Positions 27,848 to 38,354 are shown, numbered from the stretch's first letter. The stretch: 64,000 nt of DNA from a bacterium (GCA_965219955.1 OZ244799.1:3168001-3232000), one strand, 5' to 3'. Numbers and translations are program-made. The notes: generated by a model not told the origin, from the sequence alone.

Positions 27848-28588
27848 TTAGTGCGGCATGTGGGCGGGGTTCCAGAACTCGCCCGTGCGAATCGTGTGGG
27901 CCTGCTTGTCCCCGCCGGGGTCCCAGCTCTCCTCGTTCTTGCGCGCCTGCTCCTCGAAATCATACTCGACGCGGTGAATCTCCCCCTCCCAGTTCCCGCC
28001 TCCCTGGTATTCGAGCAGGACGTAGGCGGGGCGGTTGTCCCCGTCCCAGTTCACCGCGGCGGAGGCGGCGCATACGAGCGTCTGGTTCCCGACCTGGCGG
28101 ATGTAGGGGCCGTGACACTGCCCGAAGGCCACGACTTCCGATTTCTCCCCCGCGAGGCGTTCGAGTATCTCCTCGTCGGTGAGCCTGAGCGGGAGCGCGC
28201 CCTCGTCGTTCCCCGGCGAGCCGTGGAAGATGCGGAGGTCGTGCCCGGGCTCTGGCGTAAGCGTCATCTCGCGGGGCAGCCCCCGCAGCCAGTCGAGCTG
28301 GTCTTCGCTCAAGTGCTCGCGCGTCAGGCGGGAGCTCTCGTTTCGCGCCGGGAAATCGTTTTCCCCCTCGTCGACGTGGTCGATGACCCAGCGGTCGAAG
28401 TTCCCCAGTATGGGCAGGCAGTTCTTGCGGGAACGCAGGCGGTCCACCACCTCGCCCGGCTCCGGGCCGCCCATCACGTGATCCCCGGGCACGATCTCCC
28501 AGTGCACGTCGTGCTTGTCGACTTCCGCCAGAACGGCGTCCAGAGGTGCGAGTTGGGCATGAATATCGGAATAAAGCGCCAGTCTCAT
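27848..28588 (-). CDS. Calcineurin-like metallophosphoesterase (YfcE-like)
   Basis: SDIH, GD, GNFD, FHGSP, RVEYD. Confidence 0.85.
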   Translation of the reverse strand: MRLALYSDIHAQLAPLDAVLAEVDKHDVHWEIVPGDHVMGGPEPGEVVDRLRSRKNCLPILGNFDRWVIDHVDEGENDFPARNESSRLTREHLSEDQLDWLRGLPREMTLTPEPGHDLRIFHGSPGNDEGALPLRLTDEEILERLAGEKSEVVAFGQCHGPYIRQVGNQTLVCAASAAVNWDGDNRPAYVLLEYQGGGNWEGEIHRVEYDFEEQARKNEESWDPGGDKQAHTIRTGEFWNPAHMPH

Positions 28589-28643
28589 TTTCTTTCTCCA
28601 AAATTGATGATGTATGGATTACAAAAAAATGCCGATGAGCGCG

Positions 28644-29978
28644 CTAGTGTAGCAATCTCCTCCCCGATTCCGCCAACGACTCCATCTTCTCCCGCAGTCG
28701 GGGATAGACCAATTCACCGTTTTTCTTCACGACCTTTCCGGCCACGAACACCGTGTCCACGTTGGCGAACGACGCCTGGAAAACAGCCGTCTCGAGCGGG
28801 TCGTTCACGGGATAGAGGTTCAGGTCGGTCTTTCTGATCAGGATGAGGTCCGCCTGTTTGCCAAGCTTGAGCGTGCCCGACTTGAATCCGAGCCCCAAGG
28901 CGTTGGCGCCGTCTATCGTCGCCCACTCCAGCGCGCGCCTCGCGGGAATCGCGATTTGCGCCGGGGAGGTTCTCCCGTCGAGAATCTTCTGGTTCTCCTG
29001 TGCGCGGGCGAACTGAAGCCCCGCCCGCATCATGGTGAACATGTCGCCGCTGATGTTCGATTCCACGTCGATCCCCAGCGTCGGCCTGCCACCCAGGGCC
29101 AGCACGCGCCCGATGACGGGCTCGCCGTGGCCCATCTGCATCTCCACCTCGGGGCAGGAGGTGACCGAGCAGCCCGAGTCGACGAGTATCCGCAATTCCT
29201 CCCCGCTCAACTGGTTCGCGTGCACGGCGTTGAAATCGGGCCCCAGAAGCCCCTTCCGCGCCAAATCCCTGATTCCGTCGGGCGTCACCCGGTAGAACCC
29301 GCCGCCGATGTGCGCGCTCCAGAGCAAATCGTACTCGCGGGCCAGGCAGATATCGTGCACACACATATCGAGCGTGGAGAGATCGGGGCCTCTCGTGGCC
29401 AGGGCCAGCTTGATGAGACCGCCGTCCGAAGCCAGCCGCCCCGAGCGCAAACGCCTGACCTCATCGGGGGGATGCGGCCTGTGGCTGAGCGGCGTCTCGC
29501 TCTCCGCGATTTTGGGCTTAGGGGTTCCATGGCCGAATACCGCGCGGATACCCGCTTCCTCCAGGCCGTCCAAGCCCGCGTCGGTGTGCTCGGGCGTGGG
29601 GTTGTTGTGACACCAGTCGAACAGCGTCGTAACGCCCCCGTTGAGCTGGTTCAGCGCGCCCACCAGGTTCGCGAGATATATATCTTCTGGCTGAAACCTC
29701 GGGCCGAAACCCTCGTGCATCTGGCGGACATATTCCACCAGTGTCCAGTCGCCCGCCACCCCTCGGATGCCCGTCTGCCAGGTATGCTGATGGGCGTTCA
29801 CGAAACCCGGCATGACGATGAAATCGCTCGCATCGACGCTTTCGGCCTCAGGCGCAAGAATGTTCCGGCCGACTTCCCTTATCTCATCGTCCTCGATGAG
29901 CAGGTCGCCGCCCTCGATATCGCCGAGCACGGGGTCGAGCGTGAGGATGCTGCCTCCGCGCAGGAGCGTCATTCCCAT
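28644..29978 (-). CDS. Amidohydrolase family (MTA/SAH deaminase / chlorohydrolase-like)
   Basis: PGFVNAHQH, GVTT, SAH, VHAN, LGID, ATIDGA, GKQAD, VFVAG. Confidence 0.88.
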   Translation of the reverse strand: MGMTLLRGGSILTLDPVLGDIEGGDLLIEDDEIREVGRNILAPEAESVDASDFIVMPGFVNAHQHTWQTGIRGVAGDWTLVEYVRQMHEGFGPRFQPEDIYLANLVGALNQLNGGVTTLFDWCHNNPTPEHTDAGLDGLEEAGIRAVFGHGTPKPKIAESETPLSHRPHPPDEVRRLRSGRLASDGGLIKLALATRGPDLSTLDMCVHDICLAREYDLLWSAHIGGGFYRVTPDGIRDLARKGLLGPDFNAVHANQLSGEELRILVDSGCSVTSCPEVEMQMGHGEPVIGRVLALGGRPTLGIDVESNISGDMFTMMRAGLQFARAQENQKILDGRTSPAQIAIPARRALEWATIDGANALGLGFKSGTLKLGKQADLILIRKTDLNLYPVNDPLETAVFQASFANVDTVFVAGKVVKKNGELVYPRLREKMESLAESGRRLLH

Positions 29979-31087
29979 TACAAAGAGCCTCCCACCGGCG
30001 GCGCGAACTCCCGGAGCGCCTCTTCTTTCCATTCCAGCCCGAGTCCGGGCTTGTCGGTGAGCACCAGATTCCCGTCCCTGAACTCCATCGGCTCCTTGAT
30101 GATGCACTCCCACCAGGGCATGTTCTCGCACCAGACGCCGTGTTCCTCAGCACTCAGAAGATGCGCCGATACCTCGTGGAACAGGTGCGGGGTCACCGGC
30201 TTTCCGAACTCCTTCGCCATTGCCGCGGCGCGGCGCCAGCCCGTGACGCCCGAGCAGCGCTCCAGATCGGGCATGAGAATATCGGCTGCGCCCGCGACGA
30301 GCAGGTGGCGCATCCCGCGCGGGTTGTAGTTCGTCTCCCCGGTGCAGATGGGGATATTGCTGGCCTTGGCGACCTCCGCGCACCCCCTGATGTCCTCGTG
30401 ATCGACCGGCTCCTCCACCCAGTAGAGGCCGAAGGGTTCGAACGCCCTGCACGCCTGCTTGGCGGTTTCCACGTCCCAGGCCTGATTGGCGTCCACCATG
30501 AGCGCGACCTCATCGCCAATCGCCTCGCGCACCGCGCGGATCCGCTCGACGTCGTCATTCACCTCTCCGCCCACGCGGAGTTTCATGGCCCTGAAGCCGC
30601 GCGCCTTGAGCGCTGTGGCTTCTTCTACGAGTTCGTCTATCGTGAGATTCAGCCAAAGGCCCTCGCTCGCGTAGCAGGGAATCTCGCGCTTATCGCCGCC
30701 CAGGTACTTCCAGAGCGGCTGGCCCGCCGCCTGGGCGGCGAGGTCCCAGCAGGCGGTGTCGAGCGCTGACATCGCCAGGGCGCTGATGCCGTCTCGGCCC
30801 ACGAAGCTCACCGCCTTGCGCATCGCCTCCCAGTTCGTATCCGTGTCCGCCGGGTCCTTGCCCAGCAGGTTGGCGAACAGGTCGCGCACCATCGCTATCA
30901 TGGCGCGGGTGCGCTCGGGCCCGAAGGCGAAGCACCAGCCGTGGCCCTTGAGACCCTCTTTCGTTCGGAGGGTGACGCAGCAGGTGTCGACGGCGTGCAC
31001 CTCGAAAGTGGCCACCTTGAGCGGCCGCTCCAGCGGCACGCAAACGTGCGCCGGCGTCATGCTGATGATGGTTTGAGAAGACGGCAA
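29978..31087 (-). CDS. Mandelate racemase/muconate lactonizing enzyme family
   Basis: SALDTACWDL, KLR, LMVDANQAW, WVEEP, TGE, TPH, PGLG; TTG start after AGGAGG. Confidence 0.92.
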   Translation of the reverse strand: MPSSQTIISMTPAHVCVPLERPLKVATFEVHAVDTCCVTLRTKEGLKGHGWCFAFGPERTRAMIAMVRDLFANLLGKDPADTDTNWEAMRKAVSFVGRDGISALAMSALDTACWDLAAQAAGQPLWKYLGGDKREIPCYASEGLWLNLTIDELVEEATALKARGFRAMKLRVGGEVNDDVERIRAVREAIGDEVALMVDANQAWDVETAKQACRAFEPFGLYWVEEPVDHEDIRGCAEVAKASNIPICTGETNYNPRGMRHLLVAGAADILMPDLERCSGVTGWRRAAAMAKEFGKPVTPHLFHEVSAHLLSAEEHGVWCENMPWWECIIKEPMEFRDGNLVLTDKPGLGLEWKEEALREFAPPVGGSL

Positions 31088-31229
31088 AACGGACCTCCTT
31101 CGCAAAGAGTGTGGGACGTCGCCCTGTCCTTCATGCGCTTTGCGCGACAGGTTACCCTGATCGGCCCTGTATGGCTATAATCGCGTGGCTCGTAATTGTC
31201 GTAGAACAGGCCAGGGAGAAAAACAAAAA

Positions 31230-32099
31230 ATGTCCGCTATCCGGCTCCAGAAAATCATCGCCCAGGCAGGCCTCGCCTCGCGCCGGGAGGCGGAGCGCCT
31301 GATCGCGGAGGGCCGCGTCCAGGTGAATGGAGAGCGCGTGCTCACCCTCGGAGCCAAGGCGGATCCGCTGGCCGATTCCGTCAAGGTGGACGGCAAGCTC
31401 ATCACGAAAAAAGAACTTCCGGTCTATCTGGTGCTGAACAAACCGAAGAACGTGCTCACCACCATGCGCGACGAGGAGGGCAAGGACAGGCCCACGGTGG
31501 CGGACCTGCTGCCCCAGGGTCTTCGGCGCGTATTTCCCGTGGGCAGGCTCGATTTCGACGTCGAGGGCGTCTTGCTCCTGACCAACGACGGCGAGATGGC
31601 GAACCGCCTCGCCCACCCGAGATACGAAATACCCCGCGTATACGAGGCGAAGGTGAAGGGCATGCCCACCGAGGCCGCCCTCGCCCGGATGGCGGATGGG
31701 TCATGGATGCGCGGGCGAGGCAGGAAAGCCCAGCCTGCCGGCGTGCGGGTCATCCGAAAAAAGACGGAGAAGAACGCATGGCTCAGAATCGAACTCCGCG
31801 AGGGCAGGCAGCACCAGGTCAAGAAAATGTGCGAGGCCGTGGGGCACCCCGTCATCAAGCTCGTCCGGCGCGCATACGGGGGAATCACGGCCAGGGGTCT
31901 TCCCGGCGCCAAGGTGAGGACCCTCACCCGCGATGAGGTCGAAAAACTGAAAATTATGACGAACATCAGTCCCAACGCATCCAGGCGCCCACCTTCCAGG
32001 GCAGGCTGGGCCAAAGCCAGGGCGAACCCGAAACGCGCCGCGCGCAAAGGGTCCGCGAAACAGAATACGAAAGAGCCCGGGAAATCCCGCCCTTCGTGA
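31230..32099 (+). CDS. rluB: rRNA pseudouridine synthase (RluB/RsuA family)
   Basis: S4 domain RLQKIIAQAGLASRREAE, LNKP, PVGRLD, LLTNDG, EGR.HQVKKM. Confidence 0.92.
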   Translation: MSAIRLQKIIAQAGLASRREAERLIAEGRVQVNGERVLTLGAKADPLADSVKVDGKLITKKELPVYLVLNKPKNVLTTMRDEEGKDRPTVADLLPQGLRRVFPVGRLDFDVEGVLLLTNDGEMANRLAHPRYEIPRVYEAKVKGMPTEAALARMADGSWMRGRGRKAQPAGVRVIRKKTEKNAWLRIELREGRQHQVKKMCEAVGHPVIKLVRRAYGGITARGLPGAKVRTLTRDEVEKLKIMTNISPNASRRPPSRAGWAKARANPKRAARKGSAKQNTKEPGKSRPS

Positions 32100-32199
32100 A
32101 GCACATGCTCGATGAACGGACCGGACAAGGGAAACCACGAGGCTTCGTGTGTTATGATTCGGCAACACATTTAAGGGAAGTAAAAAGGCCGCTTAAAAG

Positions 32200-32805
32200 A
32201 TGAGCGCAACAGCTTCAAACAAATTAACGCTGGCGACCAAGATCACGCTGGTGCGGGTTTTCCTGATCCCCGTTTTCGTGATGTGCCTCGCCTACAAGAA
32301 GCCGGGAATCGCCTTGGCCGTCTTCATCATCGCGGGCGTGGCGGACGGCGTCGACGGCTATATCGCGAGACGGCGCGGCGAGATGACGGAACTGGGCGCC
32401 ATGCTCGACCCCATTGCGGACAAACTGCTCATGTTCACCGCATACATGATGATGGGGATCTCGGGACAAATCCCGATCTGGCTGGCCGTCTCCGTGGTAA
32501 GCCGGGATTTGCTGCTGTCCATCGGCTGCCTGATGTTGTTCATGTCCGTGGGCTTCCAGGCGCCGTCTCCATCCATGCTGGGGAAAACGACGACGACCGC
32601 CCAGATGGTCACCGCGGGCGCCGCACTTCTGGCGGCGGCGCTGGCGGCGGAGACGAACATCGTGCTGCTGTCCATGTACCTGATCACCTGCGCCCTGACG
32701 CTCGCCTCGGGGGTTCATTATCTCTTCTTCGTGGGCACCCGGATGATTTACGAGAAACCGGACGACGACCAGACGGAAGAATCCACCCCTGCGGCCCGGA
32801 ACTGA
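32200..32805 (+). CDS. pgsA: CDP-alcohol phosphatidyltransferase
   Basis: DGVDGYIARR...LGAMLDPIADK signature. Confidence 0.88.
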   Translation: MSATASNKLTLATKITLVRVFLIPVFVMCLAYKKPGIALAVFIIAGVADGVDGYIARRRGEMTELGAMLDPIADKLLMFTAYMMMGISGQIPIWLAVSVVSRDLLLSIGCLMLFMSVGFQAPSPSMLGKTTTTAQMVTAGAALLAAALAAETNIVLLSMYLITCALTLASGVHYLFFVGTRMIYEKPDDDQTEESTPAARN

Positions 32806-32821
32806 GGCCAGGCGACCCGAC

Positions 32822-33868
32822 ATGGACAACCAAACCCAAATCCTCACGTGGAAGCGAATCTGGCTGATTCTCATACTCATCGCCGCCGTCTGGCTCTTGG
32901 TGAGCGCCCGGGCGGCGCTGGTCCCCCTGGCGGCTTCGTTCATCCTCGCCTATCTCCTCCAGCCGCTGGTCGATGCGCTGGAGAGATGGAAGATACCGCG
33001 GCCCCTCGCCGTCCTGATCCCCCTGCTGGGGCTGGGGCTGGGACTGTTCATCCTGTGGGTCAGCATATCGCCCGTGGTGCAGGAGCAGGTGACGGCGTTC
33101 GCCCAACAACTCCCCGGCTACATCACCGTCGCTCAGTCTTGGCTCATCGCCACGCTCGACAGGTTCGAACTCCCCCAGACCGCCGAACTCAAGAAATACT
33201 TCACCGAAAACCTCTCCCTGCTGGGGCAGTTTCCCGTTACCGCGCTCAGGTTTCTGCTGAGAACGACCAGCGGCATCTTTTCCATCGCCATCGGTATCAT
33301 CTATCTCATCCTCATCCCCGTGATGACGTTCTATATTCTGAGGGACTGGAAAGAGCTATGGGCGGGGTTTTTCGCCTACGTGCACCGCGACTACCGCAAA
33401 GAGGTGGAGAAAAGGGTCTTCCGTCTCGACGAGCTCCTCGGTTCGTTCATCAAGGGGCAGTTGCTGATCGCCCTCATCCTCTCCGCCTTGTACGTGCTGG
33501 GCTTCTTCATCGTGGGGATGCCGCTGTGGCTGGTGATGGGCATCTTCACGGGTATCGCCTGCATGTTCCCCTACGTGGAATGGATTATCGCCCTGCCGAT
33601 CGCCCTGCTTCTCTCGGGGCTCGCGCATCAGGACTGGATACACCCGCTGGGAACGCTGGCCGTGTTCGGAGTCATCTCGCCCATCGCGGGCATGACGCTC
33701 GTTCCCCGCATCCTGGGCAACCGCATCGGGCTTCACCCCGTGGTGGTGCTCGCTTCCATCATGATAGGGGGCGAGTTGATGGGATTCGCGGGAATCCTCC
33801 TCGCCGTTCCGCTCGCGGCGGCCATCAAGGTGGCCCTCGAGGCCATCAGCGACTACTACCTCGCGTAG
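32822..33868 (+). CDS. AI-2E family transporter
   Basis: LAYLLQPLV, FY.L.D, KGQL, PRILG..IGLHP, GFAGILLAVP. Confidence 0.9.
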   Translation: MDNQTQILTWKRIWLILILIAAVWLLVSARAALVPLAASFILAYLLQPLVDALERWKIPRPLAVLIPLLGLGLGLFILWVSISPVVQEQVTAFAQQLPGYITVAQSWLIATLDRFELPQTAELKKYFTENLSLLGQFPVTALRFLLRTTSGIFSIAIGIIYLILIPVMTFYILRDWKELWAGFFAYVHRDYRKEVEKRVFRLDELLGSFIKGQLLIALILSALYVLGFFIVGMPLWLVMGIFTGIACMFPYVEWIIALPIALLLSGLAHQDWIHPLGTLAVFGVISPIAGMTLVPRILGNRIGLHPVVVLASIMIGGELMGFAGILLAVPLAAAIKVALEAISDYYLA

Positions 33869-33955
33869 TTTCTATTTGCCGCTCTCTCGGGAGGGGCGAA
33901 CCGCCGCTTACGGGGCTGTTGAAGAAGTCCCGATTTCGTGATTTTGGGAATTTAA

Positions 33956-35690
33956 CCCGGATATTTCACCGAGGCTTTGGAACGGCCTGATTTGAAGTCG
34001 TGGACGGCTTGATTCGGGAGGCGGCCTTCTTCGTCGGCGCGATACGATGACGCACGGCGCCCGAGCGGCGCTTTTTCGTCGATTTCGAAGGCTTTCGGGG
34101 AGTGCCGGCCGACGCGCAGGCGCAGGTTTCCCGCTGCGGCAACCTATGTCGCTCCGATTCTACGCTCAGTCACTCTCCCCCGCCGTCGGCCAGGGCGGGT
34201 GCGTACGCAGGTTGTTCACTACCTTTTCGAAGAGCGCCGCATGGGGCCAGGCCTCGGAGATAGACAGCCGGACCTTGCGCACGCTGACCCTCACGCGGGC
34301 GCCGATCTTGAGCAGTTTCAGCCGGATCGTTGCGCACTGGGCCCTGGCGCATGTCGTGCCCGCCAGCCCCAGGCGCCGGAGTCCGTGCATCAGGACGTAG
34401 GCGAAGGAGGCGAAGTAGAGCCGCAACTGATTGGCCCTCATGGTGGCGCTGCTGGTGCGGTCGGCGAACAGGCCGAGTTGCTGTTCCTTGATGCGGTTCT
34501 CCATCTCTCCCCGGGCGCAGTAGAGTTCTTCGTAGAGGCGTCTGGCGCCGGCCCGCCGGGGGCGGAGATTGGTGACCACGAACCGCGGGTTCGCCCCCCT
34601 GGGCAGGTATTGCGCCTTGCCCACCACCCGGCGGGTTCTGGACCAGCTCTTGCGCGTTCGATAGCGGAAGTCGCGATACCGGCGCGCCGGCTCACCCGTG
34701 CGGCGACAGACGACCTCGGCCCGGTAGAGGTCCCGGCCAATCGCCCGCACCAGCCGCGCGTTGCGCGCCATGCCGAACACGTAGCCGACGCCGTTCTCCT
34801 CGCACCAGCGCATCAACGGCTCGCGGCAAAAACCCGAGTCGCCGCGAACCACGACCCGCGTACGCGGCCAGCGCCTGCGGACCTGCGCCACGATCCGCGC
34901 CAACTCCTCCTCGCTGCCGGCCGAGGCGTCGACGTTCGAGCGGCGCAGCCGCGCGCACAGCAGATGCGCGCCGCAGAAGACGTAGAGCGGCAGATAACAG
35001 TAGCGGCCGTAATAGCCGTGGAAGAAGCGCCCCTCCTGGCGACCGTGCAGGGGGTCGTCCGTGGCGTCGAGGTCCAGCCATATCTCTTCGGGCGGTTCGG
35101 CGTAAGACTCCATGAACACGTCCACCAGCAGGCGGTCCATCGCCTCGAAGTCCGCAGCGATGCGCTTGTAGCGATCCGTCGCCGCCTCGGCGCCGCCCAA
35201 CTCCAGGCGGTTCAGCGTACTCGATGCGGCCAGCGGAGAGCCGCGGTCCCGAAGGCGAACCCGCCCGGCTCCCGTCAGGTCCCGCTTGCCCACCAGCAGC
35301 GCCAGCAACCTGTCGCGGCGCAAATCCTCGTGGTCGTTCAGGTCCTCGTAGCCCAGCGCCAGCGCGTACACCCGCTGCGCCGCCAGCGAGCGCACCGGGT
35401 GCTCCACGCTGCCGGGCTTGCGGCAATCACGAAAACACCGCGCCAGACGAGCCATCAGACCCAGGCGGAGATCCGTCTCGCGAAGCAGCACCCCGCCGGC
35501 GTCCGACGTGATCCGTCCGCCGTCGAATCGGGCGATGACCTCGCGTCTTCCGTGGGGGTGAAAGTGAAGTTGTTCCGGTGTACAATGCGTATCCATGGGG
35601 CCTCTCTGTCGGACGGGTGTAAGTTATTGAGACAACTCACATTATCCGACATTCAGAGGCCCCATGCCATTTGTCGGTGAAATATCCGGG
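33956..35690 (-). mobile_element. IS1380 family insertion sequence
   Basis: Perfect 17-bp TIRs CCCGGATATTTCACCGA (33956-33972) / TCGGTGAAATATCCGGG (35674-35690); TTAA target. Confidence 0.92.
34166..35596 (-). CDS. IS1380 family DDE transposase
   Basis: FDGGRITSDAG, GYEDLNDH, LDLDATDD..HG.QEG..F.GYY, RGDSGF, YCARGEMENRIKE. Confidence 0.95.
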   Translation of the reverse strand: MDTHCTPEQLHFHPHGRREVIARFDGGRITSDAGGVLLRETDLRLGLMARLARCFRDCRKPGSVEHPVRSLAAQRVYALALGYEDLNDHEDLRRDRLLALLVGKRDLTGAGRVRLRDRGSPLAASSTLNRLELGGAEAATDRYKRIAADFEAMDRLLVDVFMESYAEPPEEIWLDLDATDDPLHGRQEGRFFHGYYGRYCYLPLYVFCGAHLLCARLRRSNVDASAGSEEELARIVAQVRRRWPRTRVVVRGDSGFCREPLMRWCEENGVGYVFGMARNARLVRAIGRDLYRAEVVCRRTGEPARRYRDFRYRTRKSWSRTRRVVGKAQYLPRGANPRFVVTNLRPRRAGARRLYEELYCARGEMENRIKEQQLGLFADRTSSATMRANQLRLYFASFAYVLMHGLRRLGLAGTTCARAQCATIRLKLLKIGARVRVSVRKVRLSISEAWPHAALFEKVVNNLRTHPPWPTAGESD

Positions 35691-35693
35691 TTA

Positions 35694-37310
35694 GCAGCCT
35701 GTCGGACTTAGGCCCTACCTTTTATAATATGTCGTTCTCGCGAGGTATTTTTAAGGGAGGGGATTGGGGTGGCGAAGTTTGTAGATTGTAATCAGTCGCA
35801 GTTGTATCTTCTTCCTGTGGACATGCGGGAGTGGTTGCCGGAGGACGATCTGGCGCACTTCGTAGTGGAGGCGGTGGAACGGGTGCCTCTGGGGTCATTC
35901 CGCGTGAACGAGCGCGGCACGGGTTCAGCGCAGTACCATCCCCGGATGATGCTGGCGCTGCTGATTTACTGCTACGCGAACGGGATATTCGGTTCGCGCC
36001 GGATCGAGCGCGCGACGTACCGGGATATCGGGGTTCGATACGTGGCGTCGAACACACACCCGGACCACGACACGATCTGCGCGTTCCGTCGCGATAACTT
36101 CGAGGCGATAGCGGAGACGTTCGAGCAGGTTTTGCTGCTGGCGAAGGAGTTGAAGTTGTTGCGGGTCGGGACGGTGAGCGTGGACGGGACGAAGGTGGAC
36201 GCGAACGCGAGCAAGCACAACAACGTCCGGTATGACCGTGCGCAGGCGTTGGGCTCTCAATTGCGCGGAGAGGTCGAGGAGTTGCTGGAGCGTGCGGAGA
36301 GCGAAGATGCGCAGGAGGTAGGGGATCCGCAGGCGCTGCCGGAGGAGTTGGCGCGTCGCGAGGAGTTGAAGTCGAAGCTGGATGCGGCGTGCGCGGAACT
36401 GGAGCGCCGCGCGAAGAGGTCGGCCGAGGCGGGTCGGGCGGAATATGAACGCAAGGCGGCGTCTCGGGAGCGCCGTTCAGGTCGGAGGAAGGGTCCGCGC
36501 ATCAAGCCCCCTCGGGAGAAGCCCGAAGAGGGGCGGCAGATCAACCTGACGGATGGGGACAGCGCCTTGATGCGCAAGAGCAAGCGTCACGAGTATCGCC
36601 AGGCGTACAACGCGCAGGCGGTGGTGGATGCCGAAGGCAGCCAGTTGGTGCTGGGAGCGCGTGTGAGCAACAACGCGAGCGACCGCGGGGAACTGGTGGC
36701 GGACGTGGAGGCGATTCCGCCTTCGGTTGCCGCGCCGGCGCGTGTGTTGGCGGACAGCGGCTACGCGACGGGCAGCGAAGTGGAAGAACTCGAGAGACGG
36801 GGCGTCGAGGTTCTGGTGGCCACGCAAGCCGAAGGGGGGCGCCGTCGGCACGACTTCCGGCCACCGGTGGCTTCCCGGCCAGGTCCGGAAGTTCGAGCGG
36901 AGTGGATTGCGGCGATGCGCGCGAAGATGGCGAAGCCGGAAGAGCGCGCCCGTTATCGCCTGCGGCGGCAGACGGTGGAGCCGGTGTTCGGCATCGTCAA
37001 GCAGGCGATGGGCTTCCGGCAGTTCCTCTTGCGCGGTCTCGAGAAGGTGCAGGGCGAGTGGGTCCTGGTGATGCTGGCTTATAACTGCAAGCGTCTGCAC
37101 AACCTGAAGTCGGCGTGATCGGAGGATAAACGCCCTCGTCCCGTGGCCTGTTGCCGGCCGCTATGACTCCCACCGGGCCTGTGAGGGCCGATCATGGCTC
37201 CTGACACCGAATCGCCGGCCAACAAGAATCGATTACCGAGAAGAACCCCGAAAATCACTCCCACGATTGGTGCTTCGAACTCCTTGGCAGGCCAAAGCCC
37301 GACAGGCTGT
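35694..37310 (+). mobile_element. IS1182 family insertion sequence
   Basis: TIRs CAGCCTGTCGGACTT (35695-35709) / AAGCCCGACAGGCTG (37295-37309), one mismatch; TA (or TTA) duplication. Confidence 0.88.
35769..37118 (+). CDS. IS1182 family transposase
   Basis: YHPRMMLALLIY, SRRIERA, PDHDTI..FR, VDGTK..ANAS, YNAQ, ADSGY, VEPVFG.VK. Confidence 0.95.
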   Translation: MAKFVDCNQSQLYLLPVDMREWLPEDDLAHFVVEAVERVPLGSFRVNERGTGSAQYHPRMMLALLIYCYANGIFGSRRIERATYRDIGVRYVASNTHPDHDTICAFRRDNFEAIAETFEQVLLLAKELKLLRVGTVSVDGTKVDANASKHNNVRYDRAQALGSQLRGEVEELLERAESEDAQEVGDPQALPEELARREELKSKLDAACAELERRAKRSAEAGRAEYERKAASRERRSGRRKGPRIKPPREKPEEGRQINLTDGDSALMRKSKRHEYRQAYNAQAVVDAEGSQLVLGARVSNNASDRGELVADVEAIPPSVAAPARVLADSGYATGSEVEELERRGVEVLVATQAEGGRRRHDFRPPVASRPGPEVRAEWIAAMRAKMAKPEERARYRLRRQTVEPVFGIVKQAMGFRQFLLRGLEKVQGEWVLVMLAYNCKRLHNLKSA

Positions 37311-37336
37311 TAAGCAACTGACGAGAGAGAAGGAAC

Positions 37337-37829
37337 CACTCCCCCCTTGAGGGGGGCCGTTGAAAAAGCCCGGCAAAGCCGAGATTGCCGTCATTCCGGC
37401 GAAAGCCGGAATCCATTTTCAAGTGGAATGACAATACGCCGGCTTTTTATCTCCCCGTCATTGGCGGGGTCCCAACAAGAAAAAAACAAAGGCAAAACAA
37501 ATGGATTCCGGCTTTCGCCGGAATGACGAACAAAAGCGCATTCGCCCGTAGGGGCAGGCCCCCGTGCCCGCCCGATTCTGGTTGTTCGTCAACCTGCCCG
37601 TAGGGGTCGTTCGCGAACGACCCCTACAGGAACACACGCCATCCACCCTGGTTCGTCATTCCGACCGGGGAGGGGGTTTTCAAGGGAATCCCCCCCTTGT
37701 CAGGGGGGCAAGAAAAAGCAAAACCCCCTCAGTCCGGCGGGGGCGCATCGCCTTTTTTACCCCCCTGACAAGGGGGGGTAGGGGGGGTTGCCTTTATCCC
37801 CTGAGGAGGGACGCTTTTTCAACGGCCGC
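37337..37829. repeat. REP cluster: MITE-A end fragment, shell, CGTC doublet (37389-37528), GTAG palindromes, family B doublet (37688-37790)
   Basis: GCCGTTGAAAAA...TTTTTCAACGGC enclosing several palindromic families seen elsewhere. Confidence 0.8.
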
Positions 37830-38354
37830 TCAGGCGGGCACTTCCACGCCCCGGTCCACGGCGCGGGCCATGAGGAAGAGGAGGTCGGAGACGCGGTTGA
37901 GATATACGAGCAGGTCGGGGTTGTCGATGTAGCCTTCGTCCCGCAGCTTCACAGACCATCGCTCGCCCCGGCGGATGATGGTGAGCGCCATGTCCAGGGC
38001 GGCGCCGCAGGACGAATCGCCGGAGATCACCCAGTCGGTGATCTGAATCTCCTTTTCATAGCGCGCCACCTGCGCGTCAGCCCACGCGACCTGCTCCGCG
38101 CCCACGCGCTCTCCCAGCCTGCCGAGCTTGCCCCGCAGCGTCGCCAGGTCGCTGCTCACGAGGTAGAGGTCTTTCTGGATTTTGAGGATTTCGGGCTTCA
38201 GCCATTCGGGCGCGGTCGAGCGGGCGAGGCCGAGCGCCGCCTTCGCCTCGTCGAGCGCGCCGTAGGCCTGCACCTGGGGATGATACTTGGGAACCCTGTC
38301 GGCGAACCACAAATCGGTGTTCCCGTCGTCTCCCCTTCTCGTGACGATGGACAT
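37830..38354 (-). CDS. pduO: PduO-type cob(I)alamin adenosyltransferase
   Basis: IVTRRGDDGNT, YGALDE, RRGER, YLNRVSDLLFLMAR. Confidence 0.92.
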   Translation of the reverse strand: MSIVTRRGDDGNTDLWFADRVPKYHPQVQAYGALDEAKAALGLARSTAPEWLKPEILKIQKDLYLVSSDLATLRGKLGRLGERVGAEQVAWADAQVARYEKEIQITDWVISGDSSCGAALDMALTIIRRGERWSVKLRDEGYIDNPDLLVYLNRVSDLLFLMARAVDRGVEVPA

